From Fistulifera solaris (taxonomy: Eukaryota), in NCBI GenBank assembly GCA_030295235.1, contig AP026162.1, positions 1,984,001 through 2,048,000 of the forward strand: a stretch of 64,000 bases of DNA, given 5' to 3'. The notes under the pieces were generated by a model. That model saw nothing but the letters and a program-made list of their open reading frames with translations, was not told the origin of the DNA and made no database searches. Position numbers and translations under genes: made by a program. This document shows, piece after piece, positions 10,811-22,511 of this stretch; positions within the stretch are counted from its first letter, which is position 1, and every line of letters starts with the position of its first letter.

Positions 10811-13800
10811 TCAGCTCTGGCCATTGTTATTTTGCGGCGGGTATAGATTGTTATTCATAAAGTTCTCGTAATTTTGATTCAGCCACTGGGAGCTAGGTGA
10901 TATCCCCTGCTGCGGTTGAGATCCTGCGTTCATCGTTGAATAATTGTTGTGAAGAGCTGGGGAAGTAAAAGCAGCCGAGTTCGGACTCTGATCCAATTTC
11001 GCCGGCGACGATCCAAAATTGATTTGAGCCTGTTGTTGCATGCCGGAATGACTTTGCTGCTGAAGGAGTGAATACCCGCTTTCCATATTGGTCGTCTGTT
11101 GAAATGTGTTGCTGGATTGTTGTGGGAGCTGCGATGAGGGTGTCAATGAGCTTTGTCGTTGAAGAGTCGAAAAATTTGATCCGGCCATAGTAACGTTTCT
11201 CTGTTGATACTGTCCTTGGGCCATGAACGATTGAGGAGCACTGAATTGCTGGTTTTGGTTATTAAACTGGGAATTCGACGGCTGAGATGCATTCTGGTTC
11301 GTGAATAATCCTGGAGGGGAAGGATAAGTCCGCATCGTGGTATTGTTTGTCTGTTCGAACTGAATTTGTCCAGTGCTAGCTTGAGATGCATTAAATCCAC
11401 TTTGCTGGGTCGGCCACATGCCTGTCGCCTGTTGCTGTATCGAGTGGTTAACCTGCATTTGACGATTTGTCATCGCGTTACAATTTTGTGTCATCCCCGG
11501 TTGAAATAGCTGCATGTTGTTGTACCCGACGCCTGGGAACTGACTATTGGAGTATGCGTTCATGTTCATGGTTGGATACATCGTCATACTACTCATACTT
11601 GGCATTGAACCCGACGCTTGCGATGCTCCACTAGAGCCTTGAAACATCATTCCAGTGTTTTGCACCGAGTTTGATGAGGGCGCGGTAACGTTGAAAGTCG
11701 GCGTCATCATTCCTGTCGCATTGTGCATCGAATTCGGTGCGGAGGACGCCGTCATCATATTTGTCGTATTTTGCATAGAATTCGATGGAGTTGACGTGCT
11801 GTTGAAGTTTGGCATGTACATCGGCATGGGATTCGATACCTGTGTCACTCCATCAAAAGATCCCATTGCATTTTCCGCCATATTCTGGATGGGATTTATC
11901 GCAGGTGGTTTTCCGCGAAAACTTTGAGTTGTCATCCCCGCCCCATTCGGTATCGGATTCGACGCGGGCACCATCGCACCCATCGTATGCTGCGCCGTCT
12001 TGGATGCAGGTGCTGTACTTCCCGGAGCACCCATCATCGAATTCGACACAGACATGTGACCATTCGAATTTTGATTCATCATGCTATGCATCATCATGTT
12101 TTGCATCACCATTCTTTGCATCATCATCATATTGTAAGCAGCGTTGTTTCCGCCGCTTGTCATCCCCTGGTTGTATTGGTCATAAAAGCCATTCTGCGCG
12201 GATGCGTTTCCGGTAGAAAAAGATTTTTTCGAACGGGGCATTGGAAGCGGTTTTGATTTCTCCAAAGTTGTTAAATCAGAGTTGGGCTTCGTAGATTTCA
12301 CCTTCGTTTCTAGGGTTTGTAATTTTGACGCTTGTCTTTGTGATTCTTCATACAATTGCCTTGACATCCTGCTTTTGTCCATTTGACTGTGAATTAATAC
12401 GGCCAGGTCGACAAAAGTTGTCGAATACCAGGTAGCGGTAGGATGCTTGTGTTTTGATACTAAATGTTCTATCAGGCCCGTGCGAAGGTCTCGATAACTC
12501 TCAATAATAGTTGCATTAGGATGATTCTTCCCTGAATTGAAGCGCTGCGCGTAAGAGGCAGCTCTTCGAATTGTCTGCGGGTCGATAAAGACAACACGTT
12601 AAAAAGAGAAACCTTTTTAATGTTCTCAAACCAAAAATACTTACCGGGCCATCCAGATATGTCTCGAGGGAACTCGCCAGTAAGAGGAATTCTTCGAACG
12701 ATCTGCACTCGACCATCCGTTTTCTCCAGACATGAAAATTTGCTACTTGACCGACTTCAAATTCATTCGAATATGTGACGAAAGGAGCAACTACACCACC
12801 CGCATTTCTTGCAAGGTACCGGGTCACTCCTTCGGGAAAGCTACCATAGGCCGGAAAAGGCCGACGGCCACATATTGGCCATAGAGGCTCAAAATTGAAT
12901 GACCCTGATAATTCGCTTCTTGTCTCCTCGAATTTCATTTTTCGTGGTATCGTGAAAGAAGCTTTAGTAGACTCAGAATCTGCAGTAGCATCAGTATTGC
13001 GGATACTTCCTAACGAATAGCGCGAGCTACGAAGCCTTTGACCGGTGGACCATCCACTTCGCCTTCATTGATAGAATTCAGTCCTAAGGCTTCCTTAGAG
13101 CTGTCGCCAAGATCTCCGCAATCAATCGAGCCGTTTGCCTTGGAAAACTTATTTATGAAACATTTCCTGCCTCTCTTTCTCATCGTCATCCCAAGCTCTG
13201 GATCCGATTCTTTGATCCAATCGATAAGAGAGTAGCTCGCTCGTCGAAGTAAGCAATGAATGGAAGCAACAGGACACGTTTGCCAACATCTCATAACTGC
13301 CAACATTGATACATCTCCGTCAACATCGTACTGAACGGTTTTGTTCTGGGTGTGAGTTAGCGATTTTTCTTGCCATGTTGTTTTTGTCCTTGAGCAGTTG
13401 AACCACGTCAGATCAAAAGCAAGAGGATGAGTTGCATCAATAAGCTTCACAAGCATCAAAGCTAACCTCCTCAGGGACTTGCACTTTTGTACAGCTTTTC
13501 TCCATTGCATTGAAATTTCTGTTGGTACTACGGCACCCCATTGAGGATCCAAGAGTGCCGATTTCATTAGCTTTGTCTCCAGGTCGAGCATAAATTTTCG
13601 CATTATCTCTAAAGGGTCGAATACTGATGTGTCGACCATGAGCGCATCCTTGAGAAGGTGATCCAGTGCCATATCTGGTCGCAAACAGTCCCACAGCTGG
13701 AAGGAAAAGGCATGGTGCCACCGTCCTTCGTATTCCACAGCGTCAGAGTCATTGGTATTTGCCGTCGGCGAGTACTTGTTCGCGTACAGGCAAGGATTGT

Positions 13801-16155
13801 AATTTTCATATGAACCGATGTACTTGAATCCAGCCGATGCTGGGAGGGCGTTGACATCTCTTAAAGTTGGGTCACTCAATGGGATTTGAACAAGGGGCCA
13901 CGCAGAACACACCTCAGTTCCGAATTTAGACAAACGCACTTTCAGATTGTCACTGAGTAGTGGCGCGGGGGTTTTATCAATGCTTCTCCCTTCGTTTTGC
14001 TAAATACGAAGCCATGCACGCATAGGTATTCCGAGTCATCTTCATCCAGTGCATGCTGATTTGATTCCAAAGTACCATACGCGTTGATAGGCAGCAATGC
14101 ATTACCGACGCCAGTATAGCGTCGATCGGTGTAGTTTTTAGCGCATTGCATCAGAGTATTCCCATCGGACCATCCAATACAAGGTTTTCGGCCTTTGTCT
14201 AAGGGCCCAAACATTGAGGGATCAACAAGTGTGCATTCGGGGCAAAACCACTTTCCCTCAGGCAAGGGACCGGATCTAGGTAGTCCAGAACATTCCCTGT
14301 GGTAACTTGAAATGCAACCATCACAACAAATAAGATCGCCTTCTTGTTTGCAAACGCTACACCAGTCCTCGTTATTCATATCCTCAAGCTCTCTCGCCGT
14401 GGGAAGTCGGCCGAACGGCAAAGCATAAGACGATGTGTTTTGATTTCGAATTGTCATCTCTGCAGAAACATCGTCGATCATCAATAGTTCGTCGAGTAGA
14501 AACTCCAAAATAAAGAGCTTGTTCTTCAGACTCAGCTTGTGGTAGGGGAGCCCTTGTCGTAGGCGCCGAAGTGGTCGAAAATGAGACCAAGCTACTTCCT
14601 CATTATTCTCCATAACAGATGCAGAGCCTGCATCCTCGTCGACGTCCATTTCATCTACGGAGGCTTGCTGTGTACCACTACCGGTAATGGGTTCGCTACG
14701 GATAAATTGCTGAACAACAAGATCAACGTCAATCGAACTTTTCACATTCAAAACTTCATTTTTACGGTCGTTCTCCATCGAAACGGGAGCTGGGTGAATA
14801 GTAGCCGGCGTGTCGGACACTTTTCTTTCCGGACAGGGAATTTCAGACGAGGAGAAGACTTCCTTCAATGACACATCGGATATGGGTTTCTTCAAATTCA
14901 ACTTTGCTGCATCCGTCGTCAATACCGAATTTTTAAAGTGGACGTGCTGTGATCCATCCATTATTATAGCATCCAGATTTTTAACCAATAACTCAGGCTT
15001 CTCGGGAGATTGCGATATCGAACGGTGTTCGTCAGGTGGAATTCTTTCTGTCCCCGGTTTTTCGCCTGCATCGCCAGTGTCGGTGTTTAGTAGAGGCTCG
15101 GCTGTAGTGGCTGCGTATTCAGACTCATGCGTCCCCAAATCGTAAATTGGCATTTCTGTGCCGTGGATGGCTGAAAAATGGCTTTTGTAAGGAGGTAGAG
15201 AGTGCCAGTAGCCATCCAACATCGTTCCTGCAAACTGAGGTTGCGTGAATGAACTTGGATAATAAAAACTCTCTTCTTGGCTGTGGTTGTATTGAAATGT
15301 TGTCTGAGGTATAGATGGCTGACTTGCGGGTACTTCCTCGCTTTTACTTCGGCGTGGACGTTTTTTAGAAACGTTTGATTTTTTCTTTGTTCGCTTCCAA
15401 GCACTCGTTATATTCCCATCATAACTGCCATCGGAGTCGTCGTCATTGACAAAAGATTCATCGTCACTTTCTACATCATTCTCTTCATACAGATACAGCG
15501 TTGAGGGAGCACGACTCGGACGAACGGTTTGCTTATTGTCTTCTTCCTCTTCTATATCGTCGGCGACTTCCTCCCTGACAGAACCCATGTTGCGATGGTC
15601 GTGATACAGCGTATCATCGTTCATGGAGTGATATAAAACATCCGCAGTCAGATGACAGTAATCATCGTAAAACACCGGCCAACTGATGGTATCGAGAAGT
15701 TGTAAATTATCCCCCGCCCGCAATTGCCACAAAATTCCGTCGATTTTCCGTTTCTTGGCCACCAAAAGGGGTTGATGTTTCTCACCAAAATGATATCCCA
15801 TCTTCAAATGAATCAACAATCTCCGAAGCAGCGCCACATGGACTCGTCCTATTAAATTACTGGGTATCGGAAGATAGAGTGCCCGCAGAAACGCCGTCGG
15901 GGCAAAGGGCGACAAGGCCAAATGCGTGCTCAAGGTTCGGAGCAAGGAATAAGCCGCCAGCGCACGGAACGCCAAATCTTCCGGAAACCCCGACGGCAAT
16001 GTTGAAGCCACGAAAGGGTCGGAGAATTCTTTTCCATGGATTTGGGTAATGGAGGTATTTCCTTCTTTGGTTTTTTCGTTGGTCGTTTCGATGGACGAAC
16101 CGCGCGTGGATCGTCGCCATGAGGGAGCATTGGCGGACCCTTTTGTTGGGTCCAT
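10811..16155 (-). CDS. DDT-WHIM-PHD chromatin protein (BPTF/PTM-like) with an M/N/Q-rich low-complexity C-terminus; probably one gene across several ORFs
   Basis: ORF 13942-16155 has DDT (YSLLRTLS..LSPF..FLRAL..HVALLRRLL; LLDTISWP), WHIM1 (PYHKLSLKNKLFILEFLLDELL) and PHD (CSVC..GDLICCDGC..YHREC..WFCPEC). Abutting same-strand ORFs 13010-13939, 12516-12938 and 10811-12382 follow, with a GT-AG intron near 12575-12644. Joining all of them is inferred. Confidence 0.75.
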
Positions 16156-16855
16156 AATATCTTTCCTGTAATAATAGAATGGATTCGTTCATTTTATTAA
16201 ATCAAATCCAATGATCTCGGATCGTAAAAGAATGCATACCTCTTGACGCCTTTTTGGTTTTTGCGTTGTTTCGGCAAGGAGAGCAATGCGCAACTGCACC
16301 ACAGTTTTTATGCCCAACCAAATTTCAAATATTTGAGTGTTTGTTGCATTCGAAATTCCACATTCCATCGTCTTTCTGCCGTCCGCAATCCGGGACTCGC
16401 TACACTTTGTAGAGAGTGTCATAATGATTCGTGAGTCGCCGCGCGCCGGGATCCGAAAACGTGTCCGTTTCCATAGTTTTTAGTCGTACGGTACTGAATA
16501 CTTATTGGCATAGAACAGTTTTGAACCGTTGACTTTAGACACTATGGCTAATAAGTACCAGAACGATTCATAATTGACTTTGGTGGCAGCCTGGATTGCG
16601 GCTTCACGGTTACGCAATCGACAATGGCGGCGATGCCAGTGATGCTGCTCACATCCCGCGCTGTCAAGAAAGGGAACCAGATAAGATTCAGCGCTGGACT
16701 GTTTCTACTCCTTTGCTAAGACAATGGATTGTAATTTGCACAGGAAACAGGGGTCGCCTGGCGGGCCGAAAGATTGCACTGCAAGGCGAACGTCATCATG
16801 TCACATGCCGGCACTTCAGCTCCTATCCCGAAAAAGTGGCTTTCCGTGGTTTCAA

Positions 16856-18802
16856 ATGAACAACACGACGGAAAGATCTTGTATATATGCCATTTCAAAG
16901 TGTCGGACTTTATTGATAGGGAGAGTCCCGAAGCTGCGGAAAAGCAATACGTTTTGTCGGCGTTCGACCGAGCCATGGCTTTTGCGACTGCTACTACTGA
17001 CGCTTTATTTTACAATCGGTCAAGCACAGCAAATAGATGCCCCACAAGCGACCACTTCGGCACCTGCCCCGATAGCTCTCCCTTCTTCAATAGCGCCCAG
17101 TTGGTTGCCGAGCATAATACCGTCCGTGAAACCTTCAACGTTTCCCTCCAGCTCGGCGCAGCCCACTTTGTCCTTCGTTCCATCGTCAGGACCATCGCAA
17201 TCCAAAATACCTTCTTCCCTACCATCGTTCGCTCCGACACTTTTTCCGACATTGACTGCCCTCTCCAGTCGACGAGCCAATTATCAGCAGGAGTTCATCA
17301 TGCCCGAAGATGACACCTTCTTTACTACCGATGAGCTCAGCAATATGACAGTGCTATTCAACAACTACACTATGAAATTTGCCCCGGAAGATGCTATGTA
17401 TTCGACCACCAATTGTACAGCTCTCATTGGGGATCAACAAAAGTTTAGCATAGAGGGAACGAACCGAGCCAGATTGATATTACTTTACAACTGTTTGTAT
17501 ACATCGCGGCGAATTTCGGTGCTGGATTTTCCCGATCGCTATGTTGCTTTCGTCAACGGTAACTTGAACAATTTTACAGCGAATGTTCAGGCGATTGTGC
17601 CCCGATTGTTTAGCGCGAATGCTGTCGTCAGCTTTGCCATTAGTACGGAAGCTCCCACGACGAGCCCGAATCCGACGTTCGTCCCCACCGAAGAACCGAC
17701 GTACTCGGACCAACCTTCGCTGGTCCCCAGTGAATTGCCGACCGAACAGCCGGTTCCTCCGACATCTTCTCCGACGGAAGTCTTACTTACCTTACAACCA
17801 GCGCCTCCACCGACGAGTCCCCCGGCCGATCGAAAGCCCGTGGGCCTGATTAGCGGCGTCGTTGTGGGAGCAGGAATGTTGGGCTTGGCGGCTCTGGTGG
17901 CTCTGTACTTTTACCTCAAAATGAAGCAACGACAAGAGAATGCCTCGAGACAAGCTGCACTCGACAAAGAACAAGTTGCTGCCGACGAACATCCATCGTA
18001 TGCTGCCAAAAGCGACGACGACAAAGAGGCGAACAATGTGAATTCGCCGATATCACCCAGTGATTCGTTGCTTTCTCAGAAATCGTTGCTGTCGCAAGGT
18101 GAGTCCGTGCTCGATGACGAATCGACAGAGGAACTGGATGGCACAAAAGGTCTACAAGATGAGTTTGATCAATTTCGAGACCAGACGTTGGAGCAATTCC
18201 GGTCGAACGTGGAAGGTAGCTTGGCAGGCTTTGAAGGAATAATGAGTGCGGCCGTCACCAAAGCCCTTATGGGCGATGATGATATTGACAGCAACCCTTC
18301 AATCTTACTCTGGGGCTGCCAACCAGATCCCAGTTCTGCCGAAATTGAAGCGAGCGCCCTGTGCGAAGTGAACGATTGGTTGAAACGAAACGAGTCTGCC
18401 TCCGCCGAGAAGAAACGTCTTTTCATGAACGACATCATCAATCGCATGCTGGCAACGACGCGGTCCGGCTATCTGCGGGCCGACGATGCATCACGAACGG
18501 TTCACGAATCCGCCGCTTTATTGGGTCTTCCTCTCGCGAACGAACTTTCCATGACCACTGTTCTCTTTAGCGGTATGCGCAAAACAATCGAAGCTTCCGA
18601 CATGGTGAAAGTCCTTCGTGAATTTGGTGATCTCGATGTCGCGGCCGTCGCGTCGGGTCAACGAGGTTTTGGACTCGTACGGTACCGCAACAGCAAATCG
18701 GTCGAAAAAGCCTTACGTCGGTATCGCGACGGCGAAATTGTGATACAGGATGTGGCGGTGCAAATGAAAGTTTTACAACCCAGTGGAACGGTCGATAGCT
18801 AG
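16856..18802 (+). CDS. Type I membrane protein: Pro/Ser/Thr-rich ectodomain, one TM helix, C-terminal RRM-like domain
   Basis: Hydrophobic signal (LLRLLLLTLYFTIGQA), PS/PT repeats, TM LISGVVVGAGMLGLAALVALYFYL, and C-terminal VLFSGM...RGFGLVRY (RNP2/RNP1-like). Start uncertain. Confidence 0.8.
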   Translation: MNNTTERSCIYAISKCRTLLIGRVPKLRKSNTFCRRSTEPWLLRLLLLTLYFTIGQAQQIDAPQATTSAPAPIALPSSIAPSWLPSIIPSVKPSTFPSSSAQPTLSFVPSSGPSQSKIPSSLPSFAPTLFPTLTALSSRRANYQQEFIMPEDDTFFTTDELSNMTVLFNNYTMKFAPEDAMYSTTNCTALIGDQQKFSIEGTNRARLILLYNCLYTSRRISVLDFPDRYVAFVNGNLNNFTANVQAIVPRLFSANAVVSFAISTEAPTTSPNPTFVPTEEPTYSDQPSLVPSELPTEQPVPPTSSPTEVLLTLQPAPPPTSPPADRKPVGLISGVVVGAGMLGLAALVALYFYLKMKQRQENASRQAALDKEQVAADEHPSYAAKSDDDKEANNVNSPISPSDSLLSQKSLLSQGESVLDDESTEELDGTKGLQDEFDQFRDQTLEQFRSNVEGSLAGFEGIMSAAVTKALMGDDDIDSNPSILLWGCQPDPSSAEIEASALCEVNDWLKRNESASAEKKRLFMNDIINRMLATTRSGYLRADDASRTVHESAALLGLPLANELSMTTVLFSGMRKTIEASDMVKVLREFGDLDVAAVASGQRGFGLVRYRNSKSVEKALRRYRDGEIVIQDVAVQMKVLQPSGTVDS

Positions 18803-18874
18803 AGTGTCACAGAAAAACACTAGGATAGTAATGATGATTTACTACGGTGTGTCATATTGACTTTACTATTTATG

Positions 18875-19447
18875 TTAAAGCGTAACCCACGGAGTAGATG
18901 CACTTCCTTCGAGATGATCAACAAAATCGTGAATTGTTGGTGAACTACTGGTACCTGTTTTCATTTGTTCGATGGCGGACGAGGCGTCCTTGATTGTACA
19001 CTCCAATGGTCGTACCCATTGACCGCCGAGGTCATCTTTCCCAAACGCCTTTAAAAGATTCTCCGCAGTTCCTTCTCCTTTCCGACACGCCGCTAATTTC
19101 TCATTCTGTAATACGAGAAGGACGGGTTCCACGTCATCAGTTTCCAAATTCGCCACCATGCGCAAGGCCACCGGTCCGGCTTTCGTGTCCTGAAGTAAGG
19201 CCGGAGCCGTATACCATCCCACAATCGTCTTCTGACCTATATTTGTCTGAATCAATCCCAGAGCTGTTTCGACCAAGGGTCGTGTGGGAGTTCCGTGACA
19301 GACCGGGATCGCCGCTTGAACGATACCGGCCCGGGGACCGATGAGTACCCCGTGGATGGCTTCGTACGGATGGGCGGCCGCGTGTTGTGTGATACACAAC
19401 AGCGCCGATGGTTCGACGGATACTGCTTGAACGGATTGTTTGGTCAT
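18875..19447 (-). CDS. EMC8: ER membrane protein complex subunit 8/9 (UPF0172, MPN-like)
   Basis: HAAAHPYEAIHGVLIG, AIPVCH..P..PLVETAL, IVGWY and IHDFVDHLE motifs. Confidence 0.85.
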   Translation of the reverse strand: MTKQSVQAVSVEPSALLCITQHAAAHPYEAIHGVLIGPRAGIVQAAIPVCHGTPTRPLVETALGLIQTNIGQKTIVGWYTAPALLQDTKAGPVALRMVANLETDDVEPVLLVLQNEKLAACRKGEGTAENLLKAFGKDDLGGQWVRPLECTIKDASSAIEQMKTGTSSSPTIHDFVDHLEGSASTPWVTL

Positions 19448-19751
19448 TCTTTGCTTCGACTTTGGAATAATATTGAATCGAATAATTCTTTTTCGATTTA
19501 GAGACTTTACTTTGTTGTATTCGTTTGTTGGCTGCTTCGTTCATTCTCATGCGCTCATTTTGTCGCAATTATTTCTGGAACGGCCACAAAACGGCTGTCT
19601 GGCGAAAAATGCCGATTCCAGAAATTCTGGAACGTGAACAAAATCTCCGCTCAACTCAAAATTTTTTTTTTTTAACCCATTCAAGTATCTCTTGAACTTG
19701 AACGACCGCAAAGAGTCGTCTGTCTGGCGGAAAATTCCGATTCAAATAACT

Positions 19752-20018
19752 CATGACTGAAATTTAGTCATGAAAAACGTCGTCTACAAGTTGCATCATA
19801 GTAAACCATGGTCGAGAAGCTCTGGGATGTTTTTTCAAATATTGAGGTCGGCATCGACCGTGTATTGAAACGTGAATCGTTTAAGAGTATGTGCAGCATT
19901 AAATTGATGTCAAAAGAGTGGTGGGGAACAAAATGTGGACTTTTACGTACGAACATACATGTTTGTGTCGTGACTGAAATCCAGTCACAAAGAACTTACA
20001 CTTTGAACTATAGTGCAA
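19752..20018 (-). repeat. Degenerate two-core relic of the array family, inverted (cores 216 bp apart)
   Basis: Palindromes TCATGACTGAAATTTAGTCATGA (19751) and GTGACTGAAATCCAGTCAC (19970) are each followed by ..ATAGT. Their reverse complement matches CACTATAG...GACTGAATTTCAGTCACG of array 3. Confidence 0.65.
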
Positions 20019-20337
20019 CTTGAGGTGCAGCATTACGCGGTTCGCACCTTTTTTTGACCTTATTTTTTTGCGTCGCATTTCTGTTATCGGCTGCCTGTTG
20101 TTGTCTTGGTTTCATCTTGAAAGCGATAAACTGTCCTTAGTTTGTGTTGTTGGTACAGGGTAGGATTGTTGAGGTATAGCGGCTTGAAAATTGGAAACAA
20201 TCGTGATCAAGGAGCTATTGTCACATCACGCCAACACCCAACATCACATCATCATCATCCTACGACATTTGTGCACAAACACCCGAAATTTTGTGCACCA
20301 AAGTTTCTTGTATTTTTGAAATCTCTTTACCAGCCCC

Positions 20338-21229
20338 ATGAAAGGAACAGAACCATTCCGTCCACGCGAAAAGAGCGATGCAACAAAGAACAAGAAGCAT
20401 CACCATTGGTTCACCCGACCATCATCCTTTTTCACAATCCATCCTGGCACGCCGCGACACTATTACCCAATCTATCTGTTTGTTTCCAAAATAGCATTGG
20501 GAATCACTACTACGCTTTATATTCTCAATCAGAGTCATTTGTTACCCAAGCCGCTTTCAGCGGTTGTCAGTAAAACGTTGTTTTGGCCGACGTTGCCAAT
20601 CACTGTCTTGAAGCGATTGGGACGATGGACCACTTGTGTCGATGAGACTGTAATAATGGGAGGTGCTCCGTTTGGTTTTGCGGGTCTTCCCGAATCACTT
20701 CACGACAATCATGGGGTGAGTTTCCTTTCCTTGGTGTCACATTTCTTTTGTTTTTAGAACCGGTCACGAAGGTCTCACTGTTGCATAACAAAACGTTAGG
20801 TTCGTGGTGTCATCAACATGTGCGAAGAGTATCGCGGACCTCTACGAGAATACAATAGGCTAGGAATGAAAGAACTTTGGCTTCCCACGGTGGATCACTT
20901 TGAACCATCGATCAAAGATCTGAATCGAGCCGTGCGGTTCATTGAGCGACATCGGCAAATGGGGTCGAAAGTTTATGTTCATTGTCGCGCGGGACACGGA
21001 CGCTCCGCGGCAGCCGTGTTTGCTTGGTTACTTTCGAAAGATCCCACCGTGGACCGAAAAACGCTCAATGAAGATTTGTGCAAACTTCGAGATGTGAGAA
21101 CAACTCTCTGGCAACAACCGAATATCATCCAATTCCATGCTTCGTTATTGCCGGGGGGATGACGACGGCACTGGGTGGACTGGCGAGGAAGCACATGACA
21201 ACAAACCTGATTGCGATGATGATTTTTGA
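20338..21229 (+). CDS. PTPMT1: PTPMT1-like dual-specificity (phosphatidylglycerophosphate) phosphatase
   Basis: LFWPTLP, VRGVINMCEEY, LPTVDHFEPS and VYVHCRAGHGRSA motifs. Intron 20716-20799 is in frame. As assembled it stops at 21162; removing one G from the run at 21153-21158 extends it to 21229. Confidence 0.88.
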
Positions 21230-22030
21230 TAGAATAACTCAACCTTGACCATTTGCATCGCGTGAAAGTGGAAAGGTGAATCTGGAACAAAGCATTTTTT
21301 GATCGAAGGTAGGATCGGCGAGATATTGAACGACCATATGTAAGGACCAGATTGCAAACGCAGCTAGAATGTGATAGCAGCTCTATCTAGGTTAGATCTA
21401 CTCCAAGAAATAGTCGGTATTTTTGAAGGGACTTTAGTTCCAGTTCAAATTCAAAGCAACCGTCATTTTTTTAATAATTTGATAGCGGGTCGTCATTTCC
21501 CATGTATAAGGATATTTCTTGCGCTCGATAATACCTAGCTTGGTAAGTCAGACTTGTTAATTGATTTCATTTCGGAGTACAACAAATCTATCTGCTATCT
21601 GTAGCAGCATTTGCAAATTCAATCGCGGCCGAGTACAATAATCACCAAATCAAGGATCCAAGAGCCAGCCTATTGCCTAACCACAAATTGCCCCGCTAGT
21701 TTAATAATCAAATCTTCTTTTCATTGAAATACAAGAGTCTAGCTTTCGTCGGCACTTGCAATGCACGCCTTAACAGTTTACGTCGACATCCTTGCGGGAA
21801 TGTTGTCTTCCGCATTTACTATGGCCCAAAGTGTTGCCCGTTTTCGCCCCTACTGCTTTTCAGCATTACTCATTGCTTTTCAGTCATGAATCATCATCAC
21901 GACCTTATTAATTACCAGTATTCATTCACACTGTTTGACTTTTCATCACAATTTTTTATTCGCTTAACTTTGGATGCAAAACACGGCGTAATAGTTGTTT
22001 TCAACAATTTCGAGTTATTTATATTATAAT

Positions 22031-22470
22031 ATGGGTTTTACAAAAGAAGTCATTCGCCAAGGAAACGGGCAAAAGCCTCAGCGCGGCCAGACCGTCACGG
22101 TACGTTGTTTCAGGTTTGTTCGTTTGCCCCCTCTTGAGGTCGCTGTTATCGCGTATCCCTGATTCTTGCTCTCCTATCTTATCCCGCTCTCGCACGAAAG
22201 GTGCACTGTACCGGCTATGGCAAAGACCGCGACCTTTCAAAGAAGTTCTGGTCGACGAAAGATCCAGGGCAAGAACCGTTCTCATTCAAAGTTGGCATGG
22301 GGCAAGTCATCAAAGGTTGGGACGAAAGTGTGATTGATATGAGCTTGGGAGAGATTGCGAAAATTCATTGTTCTCCGGATTATGCGTACGGTGCCGATGG
22401 ATTCCCTGCCTGGGGAATCATGCAAAACAGCGAGTTGATCTTTGAAATTGAAGTCTTACAGTATTCCTAA
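22031..22470 (+). CDS. FKBP12: FKBP12-type peptidyl-prolyl isomerase
   Basis: Exon 22031-22099 (MGFTKEVIRQGNGQKPQRGQTVT), GT-AG intron 22100-22200, then exon VHCTGYGKDRDLSKKFWSTKDPGQ...GQVIKGWDE...PDYAYG...LIFEIEVL. Confidence 0.95.
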
Positions 22471-22511
22471 ATCGACCATTATTTATTTTTTTAGCCATTA
22501 CTTCGTTTCTT

